Below, piece after piece: positions 19,139-27,336 of a stretch of DNA of 64,000 nt. The position numbers were made by a program, and so were the translations under genes. The notes under the pieces were generated by a model. It was not told the origin of the DNA. It was given only the letters and a program-made list of their open reading frames with translations, and made no database searches. The DNA is from Candidatus Woesearchaeota archaeon. GTDB lineage: Archaea; Nanobdellota; Nanobdellia; Pacearchaeales; GW2011-AR1. The stretch's first letter is position 1; every line of letters starts with the position of its first letter. The stretch is from positions 8,505 through 72,504 of the forward strand of contig CAYRXU010000002.1 of NCBI GenBank assembly GCA_964428325.1, given 5' to 3'.

Positions 19139-19720
19139 TTATGCACCTACAAAAGCAGATTTACCGAATTTTTCCCTATTATAAATTATTAAATCAAGAG
19201 GTTTAGCTCCGGAATTTACAGGAGCTCGAACCGTTAGGTTAAATCTGGCCAAACAAGTAAGATCTTTTCCAGCAAGAGTAGTTGGGACGTAACTTCCCTG
19301 AAGCCGGTTGCCTTCAGATACATTAAATCTGACCTGATAATCTAAAGACTCTCCGTCTATTGTAGCATTCGCAGTATAATCAAATAAAGACTCTGCTCCT
19401 TCTGATGAAGATCTAAGGCGTTTAACTAAATCAGAAACATCATTCATTTTCCCCACAGCCACTAAATCTACATCTGAATAAGCATGAGTCCATCCCTTAA
19501 ACAACGGATGAGTAAGAGCTGTGCCTGCAAGATAAACTTCCAACCCTCTTTCATTCAATTTAGATACAACAGGCTTAACCTTGGCATAATCTACGTCTCT
19601 TAACAAATGCTTACAGTTAAAATCAAGGCTCCTTGCCAGTCCGCCATCATTCTGACTAATCAAGAGAAGAGGAGCTGTGCGTTTTTCATCTAAAATAACA
19701 ACCTTCCTTGGGTTTTTCAT
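19139..19720 (-). CDS. putative Pol-beta-superfamily nucleotidyltransferase-like protein
   Basis: YLAGTALTHPLFKGWTHAYSDVDLVAVG fits the G[ST]-x(10-13)-DxD pattern. The rest of the protein is unassignable. Confidence 0.4.
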   Translation of the reverse strand: MKNPRKVVILDEKRTAPLLLISQNDGGLARSLDFNCKHLLRDVDYAKVKPVVSKLNERGLEVYLAGTALTHPLFKGWTHAYSDVDLVAVGKMNDVSDLVKRLRSSSEGAESLFDYTANATIDGESLDYQVRFNVSEGNRLQGSYVPTTLAGKDLTCLARFNLTVRAPVNSGAKPLDLIIYNREKFGKSAFVGA

Positions 19721-19781
19721 AAGAAAAGCCAGAAAAATGGATATTTAAATCTTACTACATGTCGTATAAAATCGCGCTTAA

Positions 19782-21098
19782 CTAAGGAGTCAGTCTATCT
19801 CTATCTCGTGGGAACATAGTAGCTTCGCGAATATTATCCAGCCCACAAATTAACAAAGTCATTCTCTCAAGTCCAATACTCCAACCTGCATGTGGAGGCG
19901 CTCCAAACCTGAAACTGTTGATATAATCAGAAAAATGCTCAGGATTCAATCCCTTCTTCTTCACGCGCTCAATCAATAGTTCAGGCAAATGTACTCTCTG
20001 CCCGCCAGATGAAATTTCCAGTCCCCTATAGATCGCATCAAAACCTTCTGTATACTCTGCATCTTTCTTTTGTCCAACTGGCATAACATAAAATGGTCTA
20101 CAGGAAGTAGGCCATTGATAAACGAACACAATAGTATCGGGAAATAATTCGCCAAGCTTCTTCTCGGCCTCTGGCGTTAAATCGTCTCCAAGCTGTAATT
20201 TGATTCCATTCTTTTGCAACAACTTAATAGTCTCTTCATATTTCATATACTTAGCCCCAGGAACTTTCACCTTAGCACCCAATAGTTCCAAATCAGCAGC
20301 GTTGTTCTTCAAAACCTCGGAAATCATATGCTTCACAACGGCTTCCTGATAATGCATAACAGTCATAGTATCAGCAAATCCGACTTCAATATCCATCTGT
20401 CTAATTTCGTTGATGTGTCTGACAGTATTGTGCTTTTCAGCGCGCCAGACAGGGGTAATCATAAATGTCTTCTCCATGGAACAAGCCAACATCTGCTTGT
20501 ACAACTGCGGACTCTGCGCAAGATATGCCTTCTTCTCAAAATACTTTACTTCAAACAGGTCCGTACCTCCTTCAGAAGCAGCTCCGATTACACAAGGAGG
20601 CTGCATCTCAACAAATCCCTTCTCATAGAAGAAGTTTCTGAATGAATTTGCAATTGTGCTTTGAATCTTGAAAATAGCCTGCGTCCTTCTACGATGCATA
20701 TCAAGGAAGCGATAGTCCAATCTTTTCGGCAACTCGGTCTTTGAAAAGTCAGAAGTATCTATAGGGATAGGTTGCTCTGCTTCGCCTACAACAACAAAAC
20801 TTTCAGGCACAATCTCACGTCCACCTGGCGCCTTAGGGCTCTTCTTCACAATACCGCTAATAACAACAGAACTCTCCCGCGATACCTTGCCCATCAAGTC
20901 AAATATTTCCTTACTTACATCTCCCTTAAAACCAGTTACTTGCATCTCTCCGCTCAAATCACGCACCACAACAAATCGAATCTTTCCAAGGTCACGCAAA
21001 TCATAAACCCAACCAGCAATAGTTGCTTTCTTACCATCTTCCTTAGCAGACAAATCAGCGATCGCCTTGCGCTCTTTCTGCATATGTTCAAAATCCAT
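19782..21098 (-). CDS. aspS: aspartyl-tRNA synthetase, archaeal type (probably non-discriminating)
   Basis: N-terminal OB domain, class II motifs (FRAE-like VWRAEKHNT, GAPPHAGWSIGLERM), 438 aa. GatCAB and tRNA-Asn are in the same window. Confidence 0.9.
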   Translation of the reverse strand: MDFEHMQKERKAIADLSAKEDGKKATIAGWVYDLRDLGKIRFVVVRDLSGEMQVTGFKGDVSKEIFDLMGKVSRESSVVISGIVKKSPKAPGGREIVPESFVVVGEAEQPIPIDTSDFSKTELPKRLDYRFLDMHRRRTQAIFKIQSTIANSFRNFFYEKGFVEMQPPCVIGAASEGGTDLFEVKYFEKKAYLAQSPQLYKQMLACSMEKTFMITPVWRAEKHNTVRHINEIRQMDIEVGFADTMTVMHYQEAVVKHMISEVLKNNAADLELLGAKVKVPGAKYMKYEETIKLLQKNGIKLQLGDDLTPEAEKKLGELFPDTIVFVYQWPTSCRPFYVMPVGQKKDAEYTEGFDAIYRGLEISSGGQRVHLPELLIERVKKKGLNPEHFSDYINSFRFGAPPHAGWSIGLERMTLLICGLDNIREATMFPRDRDRLTP

Positions 21099-21122
21099 AT
21101 GTGCTAAAGAAAAACCTCGTTT

Positions 21123-22442
21123 TTAAGGATTGTTATAAGGTCGTAAAGCCTTGAAAAGAGCTGCCGGAGGTTCCCGATGGACGATCGAAGCCTCAGTCAT
21201 ACCTGCACCCACAGAAACCAAATTCAGATACTCTCCTGCTCCAATTCTATGGTTTTCTAACTCACCACGATACAGCCTATTAACAACATGTAAAACACTA
21301 CCGCCTGAGAAATTACCTGTGCGACATAAAATCAAAGGCATAAGTAAGGCGCTCTGTCCCGGAGACAATCCGAGACCAGCCATCAACTCATCGTTGAGAT
21401 ATTTATTTGCCTGATGTGCGGCAACAACACTCACCTGATCCAAACCAACACCTGCACGTTGAAGACCTTCTCGAATAGTATCAGGCACCGTACTTACGGC
21501 ATGCGTCTTAACACCCGGCCCATCCATCTTAAGGAATATGCTTTCTCCAAAATCACGTCGCAGAGACGGGCCAAGCGTAAGAAGCCCTGATTTATCAGAA
21601 TAAGTTTTGTGTGCATAACCCAGAATACCAAAGTCTCCCTCTCCCTCAACTCGTTCTAGAATAAAGGCTCCACCGCCATCAGCATAAAGAAGGCTATCTT
21701 TATCATGAGGGTCGCAAAGGCGAGAAAGCACTTCGGCAGAAGCTATAGCGACCTTGCGAGCCTGTCTATTCTTGATAAGCTCGTAACCGATAATAGTAGA
21801 TTCGAGTCCTCCTGCACATCCCGCAATAACATCAAAGGCAGGCACCTTGGCATCAATGCCAAGTTTTCTTTTAACGCGTTCGGCAACGCTTGTTCCTCGA
21901 TCAAGAGCAGCCCGATGAACCATATAATCTGGCAAAGAATCCCCTAATTCTGCTGGAGAAGAAAGCTCGTTGCAATCTCCGGCATATAATCTTCGGGCAA
22001 GTCCTGTTTTCGAAAGAGCATCACTAACAGAATCCCACGTTTCGCCATCGCAAAGCACGTCAATAGCAACAATGCGAGGGTCATTAATGCCGAGCCTATG
22101 CTTAGCAACAGAAGCTCCGCTTGGCAACCAATTAACTTCGGGTTGGCCGAGATGCATTGTATCCCCAAAATTATGTGCAACAATAAGGTAATCTAATCCC
22201 TTCAAAGAATCACCAGTACCGAGAAGCGACGCTGCTGCAAGATCCGTAGTACACTCGTCAGCAAGGGCATACCTTCTTTCTAGAATGCCAGAACGTTGTG
22301 CAAATTTCTCAAGGATCCTGTCAATAGGTTTCGGATCGCGTTCACCGTTCTTCTCATAAAAAGTATGTTGGCTAAAATCGCCATTAGGGACAATACGTGA
22401 TCCAAGCACTCCACCAGTACAGGCAATAACAACGTTCACCAC
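21123..22442 (-). CDS. KAS III / type III PKS-like thiolase-fold condensing enzyme
   Basis: Cys in VIAGCAGGLES, His in AAHQANKYLN and Asn in TGNFSGGSV form a FabH/CHS-type triad. GTG start, 439 aa. Confidence 0.65.
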   Translation of the reverse strand: MVNVVIACTGGVLGSRIVPNGDFSQHTFYEKNGERDPKPIDRILEKFAQRSGILERRYALADECTTDLAAASLLGTGDSLKGLDYLIVAHNFGDTMHLGQPEVNWLPSGASVAKHRLGINDPRIVAIDVLCDGETWDSVSDALSKTGLARRLYAGDCNELSSPAELGDSLPDYMVHRAALDRGTSVAERVKRKLGIDAKVPAFDVIAGCAGGLESTIIGYELIKNRQARKVAIASAEVLSRLCDPHDKDSLLYADGGGAFILERVEGEGDFGILGYAHKTYSDKSGLLTLGPSLRRDFGESIFLKMDGPGVKTHAVSTVPDTIREGLQRAGVGLDQVSVVAAHQANKYLNDELMAGLGLSPGQSALLMPLILCRTGNFSGGSVLHVVNRLYRGELENHRIGAGEYLNLVSVGAGMTEASIVHREPPAALFKALRPYNNP

Positions 22443-22514
22443 ACCAATACCCGTACAATTCGCTATAAAAATATATGGCAGAAGGTCTTAAAACCCGAAA
22501 CGCGGTATGATGTT

Positions 22515-23732
22515 ATGAAACCACTAAGATTTGAGATCACAGCGAAAGACAAGAAAACACGGGCACGTGCAGGCATTATCCACACACCTCATGGAAAAAT
22601 AGAAACTCCCTATCTTATTCCTGTTGCTACACGCGCACGGATAGAAGCTCTGAGTTCCACCGACCTCAAAAGATTAAAGGTCCAAGCATTACTCTCCAAT
22701 ACGTACCACCTCCATTTTCAACCGGGTGAAAAGAAGATAAAAAGAAAAGGCGGTCTGCGTGGATACATGGGTCTCAAAGTACCCTTCTTCACAGACTCAG
22801 GAGGATTCCAGGCCATGTCCTTAGGCGACACATTGGCAGATGGGTTCAGCAAGCTAGGCAAAAATGCACAAAGAGTAAAAGAAAGAAAAGAGTCGTTCAT
22901 AAAAATAACAGATAAAGGTGTCCACTTCAAATCCATCTACGATAATAAATGGTCCTTCCTTGACGCAAAGAAATCAATGCAGATACAATCTGACCTTGGC
23001 GCAAACGCGATCATGTCATTTGACGAATGCACTGCGGCCAACAAATCACATGAATATCAAAAACAAGCTCTAGAAAGAACAAAGAAGTGGGGGATACAAT
23101 CTCTCAAATATCACGATAAAAAACAGGCCCTATACGGCATAATCCAAGGAGGACAATTCAAGGATCTTCGACTTGAAAGCACCAAATTCGTCTCAAATTT
23201 GCCATTCGATGGCATTGCAGTAGGAGGCAGTTTTGGCGAGTCCTACGGAGACTCAAAGAAAGCCATGCATCAAATATTGGAATGGATCATGCTCGAACTC
23301 GAAAAAAACCAAGAAAGTTATGATAAGCCCCGTCATATGTTGGGCATCGGATGGATAGACGACTTATTCGAATGCGTTGAGCGAGGCATGGATACATTTG
23401 ATTGTGTAGAAATGACTCGCATTGCCCGACATGGAAACGTATTCGTAAGTCCAGAAGGCGGTGGAAATTTAAAAAACAAATTCAGAATATCCATAAAAGA
23501 AAGTGACGCTCTAAAGAAACCAATAGATCCGAAATGTTCTTGTTCAACATGCAAAAAATATACGCGAGCAGATCTCTACAGATTAAAACTAAAATACAAG
23601 GAAGGCATCAAGGAATTCGGCCGTTTGACAACTATACACAACATCCATTTCATGCAAGATCTATGTGCACAGATAAGAAAGTCAATCAAGGCAGGCACCT
23701 TCAGAAAACTCAAGAACAAGTGGATAAAGTAA
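22515..23732 (+). CDS. tgt: tRNA-guanine transglycosylase, bacterial (queuine) type
   Basis: FTDSGGFQ, GIAVGG, MLGIGWIDDLFECVERGMDTFDCV and zinc site CSCSTC...H. 405 aa, with no PUA or C-terminal ArcTGT domains. Confidence 0.8.
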   Translation: MKPLRFEITAKDKKTRARAGIIHTPHGKIETPYLIPVATRARIEALSSTDLKRLKVQALLSNTYHLHFQPGEKKIKRKGGLRGYMGLKVPFFTDSGGFQAMSLGDTLADGFSKLGKNAQRVKERKESFIKITDKGVHFKSIYDNKWSFLDAKKSMQIQSDLGANAIMSFDECTAANKSHEYQKQALERTKKWGIQSLKYHDKKQALYGIIQGGQFKDLRLESTKFVSNLPFDGIAVGGSFGESYGDSKKAMHQILEWIMLELEKNQESYDKPRHMLGIGWIDDLFECVERGMDTFDCVEMTRIARHGNVFVSPEGGGNLKNKFRISIKESDALKKPIDPKCSCSTCKKYTRADLYRLKLKYKEGIKEFGRLTTIHNIHFMQDLCAQIRKSIKAGTFRKLKNKWIK

Positions 23733-23765
23733 TATATACATTAGATAATATATTTAGCAATATAT

Positions 23766-25208
23766 CTATTTGACTATCCTTTCAAGCAACTCCATCGCCT
23801 TCTTGGCATCAACCTTGCCCTTGAGTTTAGCCATAACCATCCCCATATAAGCGTTCGGTCTCAATCCTGGTTTTTCCTTAACAATAGCACGTACTTCGGC
23901 TTCAAGCTCATTATCATCGACTTTCTCAATCTTGGAAGCTTTCTCAATATCCTGCCCTTCAGCAACACGCACCATAACTGTCTTCACATCGCCAACAGAT
24001 AACGCCCCCTTAGCTACACGCTCAATAATCTTCTCAAGCATACGTTCACTCAGTACCCCCTTAATCTCATCCACATTCTTGCCCTGCTTAGTAGCGATCT
24101 CATTTCTCCAGAGAGTCACCATCTTACCAACAAGATTTGCATCCCTATCATACACGCTCATAAGCGCATTAAACTCATCAAGCGTCTCATGCTTGTCCAA
24201 CACAAGTTCGATCAGCTCATCATGCAATCCTTTCTTTTTCAACTCCGTGCGTATATCCCCCTTCAATTTAGGCAAGCTCTTCTTCAATCGGTTAATATGT
24301 TCCAATCCGATACGCAACAATTCCAAATCAGTCTCAGGATACATTCGCGCTTTACCAGGCATAGGTCTCAAGAACTCAGTCGTACCATCTGGCAGGGCGT
24401 TTCTCACTCCCCCCTCAGTCTTCTTTACTTTAATCTCAGCCTGTTGTCTCTCAATCTCGCGTAATATTGTACTCACGAACATAGCAGGATCTTGGAAACC
24501 CTTTATCTCAACGCGATCATGTCCTTTTATGGAAACATTAACGTCCTGTCTAATAGTTCCAATACCGCGCTTAACCTTACAAGCACGCAAAATCTCGCCA
24601 ATCTTCAGTGCAGCCTCCTTAACTTGCTCGGCACTTACCATAGCAGGAGCAGTAGCAATCTCAACAAGAGGAATACCGAGTCTGTCTAAGCGATAAACTG
24701 CCTTATTCTCATCACGTGAAATAATACGTGCAGAATCCTCTTCAAGACAAACACTCTCAACAGGAACTTTTCCAAAGCTCGTCTCAATAAAGCCATCATG
24801 CGCAATGAGCAAAGTCCTCTGAAATCCACTCGTGTTGCTTCCATCAATAACAGTCTTGCGCATAACCTGAGTCACAGGATAAATATCACAATTTAGCAAC
24901 AAAGCAACTTGCAAAGCAACATCAAGCGCCTCGCCATTTATCGATCTTGGAGGCTCTTCATCCAATTCTACAAGAGAAATAGTATCATTATAACCCTCAT
25001 ACAAAAAATCTTTCTCAAGAGAAGCTTCATGTGCTGCAGCAACATCCACAACGCCACTCTCACCAGCAACAGCATGTAATTTGCGTTTGATAGTATAATG
25101 TGGTTCGTCATTTCTCAAAAAAGAAGGTGCTCCAGAAAACAACTTAGGAGTATCAAGTTGCTGGTGGATTTCCAATCCAGCCTTAAAGCCTAATTTCAAA
25201 TAGTCCAT
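23766..25208 (-). CDS. gatE: Glu-tRNA(Gln) amidotransferase subunit E, short form
   Basis: GLEIHQQLDT, IDGSNTSGFQRT, LDRLGIPLVEI, RQDVNVSI and a C-terminal YqeY-like tail. It is 480 aa versus about 620 typical. Confidence 0.8.
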   Translation of the reverse strand: MDYLKLGFKAGLEIHQQLDTPKLFSGAPSFLRNDEPHYTIKRKLHAVAGESGVVDVAAAHEASLEKDFLYEGYNDTISLVELDEEPPRSINGEALDVALQVALLLNCDIYPVTQVMRKTVIDGSNTSGFQRTLLIAHDGFIETSFGKVPVESVCLEEDSARIISRDENKAVYRLDRLGIPLVEIATAPAMVSAEQVKEAALKIGEILRACKVKRGIGTIRQDVNVSIKGHDRVEIKGFQDPAMFVSTILREIERQQAEIKVKKTEGGVRNALPDGTTEFLRPMPGKARMYPETDLELLRIGLEHINRLKKSLPKLKGDIRTELKKKGLHDELIELVLDKHETLDEFNALMSVYDRDANLVGKMVTLWRNEIATKQGKNVDEIKGVLSERMLEKIIERVAKGALSVGDVKTVMVRVAEGQDIEKASKIEKVDDNELEAEVRAIVKEKPGLRPNAYMGMVMAKLKGKVDAKKAMELLERIVK

Positions 25209-25256
25209 AAAGAAGATTGCAAATTTGGTTATTTATAGATTTAGTCTATGCCCTGA

Positions 25257-26036
25257 CTAACCGAGAGTGGCATAAACAGATGTGCGGTAAGCACTACGCA
25301 CAGACGTAAGGATGTTACTAAGAGACTCGTCAACTTTGCCGCCTATGAAATTAACAAACCTCTTCTGACCTTCCTCCAGACCATCGCGCATCGAAACAAG
25401 AGCACTTTCCAAAATGGATAGATAGTTATGTCGTTCAAAGGCTGGAATAATAGCAGGAGGTAAATGAGCATCATACAGTATCTTCGATTGGATAAGTCGG
25501 GCAATGCGCTTATTCCCTGCATTAAATGGCTGTATCCCTACGAGCCTAAGATGTGCAAGCGCGGCACGTTCGACAGGATGTTCTCTATCGCCAGAAACAG
25601 AGGCTTCACTTAGAGCGGCAGCGACTAAAAATGGTACCTTAAGAGGATTTGGAGGGACATAAGAATTCAACTGAAGGCTAACACGTTCAACACGATAACC
25701 CTTATTATTAGAATGAGGTTCAACTTTTCTGGCCACTCCATGTAAGGCTTCTTCAGATAACGGTTTATCATGGCCAACCAAATAATGCCAAGCATCGTCA
25801 AGACGGCTTACTGCTTCACGTGCACATCTGATAAGTCTTCCGCGCTGGAGTTGAGTTGCCGAAGCGCATCGGGAAGCGTGCCTTATATCTGGATGTTCAA
25901 TAGGCCAAGAAAAGGGCTTATTTTCAGAGGTGAATGCACCGCGGATGCGTGCTTCTCTTTGAAGATGAAAAAGAGGGTCTTCGACAAGAGAGTCATGCTT
26001 AGACTTGATAGACTGGACAAGCCCCCTATCCAACAT
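25257..26036 (-). CDS. Fic/Doc-family protein with substituted catalytic His
   Basis: Core HLRLVGIQPFNAGNKRIARLIQSKILYDAHLPP matches HxFx[DN][AG]N[GK]R, except that Q (CAG, 25530-25532) replaces H. Confidence 0.65.
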   Translation of the reverse strand: MLDRGLVQSIKSKHDSLVEDPLFHLQREARIRGAFTSENKPFSWPIEHPDIRHASRCASATQLQRGRLIRCAREAVSRLDDAWHYLVGHDKPLSEEALHGVARKVEPHSNNKGYRVERVSLQLNSYVPPNPLKVPFLVAAALSEASVSGDREHPVERAALAHLRLVGIQPFNAGNKRIARLIQSKILYDAHLPPAIIPAFERHNYLSILESALVSMRDGLEEGQKRFVNFIGGKVDESLSNILTSVRSAYRTSVYATLG

Positions 26037-26081
26037 AGATAAATTAAATATGAAGGGTTTTTAAATTTATAACTTGCAAGA

Positions 26082-27335
26082 CTACTCATTCAAAATCGGA
26101 TTGAACTCTCCAGCTACATTCTCAAGCATCTTTTCACTGGCCTTATCCTTCCACCCTCTATGGCCCAATATCCATCCAAGCTTCACAAAAGCCGTCTCGC
26201 TCAACATGTCCTCAAGAGCAACAACGCCAATAGCACTCAATCCCCTTCCTGTCGAATAAACTTTCGGGTTTAAACGACCAAAAATAGTTTGCGCCGTAGT
26301 ACAAACAACACAACCTTCACGAATAAGTTTCTTCAAGGCAGGAATCCAGCTATGTTCAACATCCGCACTTGGTAAGTTACCAAGCCCGTACGCTTCAATA
26401 ATCAATCCCTTGTAACCATGCATGCGATAATAATCAACGATGTCAGAACTCTGCCCAGGATAAAATTTCACGACCGCAACCTTATCATTGAAAACAGCAT
26501 CAAGTTCTGTCTTTCCGTTATGCTTAGCTTTGAAATGAGAAAGAAATTCAACTCTATCAGGCCAAACCTTAGCGACAGGCCCACAATTAACGCTTTTGAA
26601 CGCATCACGTCGTGAAGCGTGCAATTTGCGCACCTTAGTTCCACGCAAAGCATGGCAATAATCATCATTCATACTTGCGTGTCCCACAAGCATAACTTCA
26701 GCGCAATTGCTCAAAGCGAATCGTGCAGCACATCGTAGATTAAGATCTGCATCGCTACTTCCACGATCGATACTTCGTTGCGCATAAGTCAACACAACAG
26801 GTTTGTTCAAATCTTTCAAAAAGAAAGAAAGCGCAGCGGCAGTGTAATGCAGCGTATCCGTTCCATGCGTTACAACAACCCCTTCAATATCAGGATCATC
26901 AAGCAATTTCTTCACAGCCCGGGCAATTTCAATCCATTTATCAGGACTCATATTCTCAGACAAAGTCATAAACGGAATTTCAATAGATTTCACATTAACC
27001 ATCTCAAAAAGCCCAGGATAAAACTGCGCAAACGAGTTAACATCTGTAAGAGCGTTCACCCCCCCAGTCTTAGGGTCGGTGCGTGAAGCAATTGTCCCTC
27101 CCGTCATCACAAGTCCAATAGAAGACAGACCCTTTCTCTTTGGGGCTTCTGGCGCAACAGCCCTGGCTGCCGCTTTACGCAACACATGTTCTCCAAGAAT
27201 ATGATCCTTCGGAATGCCGATATTATATCCAGAACTCAATTTCACAAGAACAATATCACTCTCATGGCTCTCAAGAATAGTACACTCAAGTTCATCTCTT
27301 GCAAGACGCAATTTCACGAAATCCCCAGGCTCCAT
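26082..27335 (-). CDS. gatD: Glu-tRNA(Gln) amidotransferase subunit D
   Basis: Asparaginase motifs MTGGTIASR and THGTDT, with an N-terminal small barrel domain. The start lies 1 nt after the proS stop. Confidence 0.9.
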   Translation of the reverse strand: MEPGDFVKLRLARDELECTILESHESDIVLVKLSSGYNIGIPKDHILGEHVLRKAAARAVAPEAPKRKGLSSIGLVMTGGTIASRTDPKTGGVNALTDVNSFAQFYPGLFEMVNVKSIEIPFMTLSENMSPDKWIEIARAVKKLLDDPDIEGVVVTHGTDTLHYTAAALSFFLKDLNKPVVLTYAQRSIDRGSSDADLNLRCAARFALSNCAEVMLVGHASMNDDYCHALRGTKVRKLHASRRDAFKSVNCGPVAKVWPDRVEFLSHFKAKHNGKTELDAVFNDKVAVVKFYPGQSSDIVDYYRMHGYKGLIIEAYGLGNLPSADVEHSWIPALKKLIREGCVVCTTAQTIFGRLNPKVYSTGRGLSAIGVVALEDMLSETAFVKLGWILGHRGWKDKASEKMLENVAGEFNPILNE

Positions 27336-27336
27336 C

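Noticed and set aside
23932-24696. 254-aa plus-strand ORF
   Set aside because: It is antisense to gatE. The Ser/Leu/Ile-rich product has no motifs.
21123-26036. Elevated GC as evidence of recent transfer for the KAS III-like and Fic-like genes
   Set aside because: Hand counts of 100-nt samples gave about 44% in the KAS III-like gene versus about 40% in neighbouring aspS. The difference is too small to support a compositional-island claim without proper computation.
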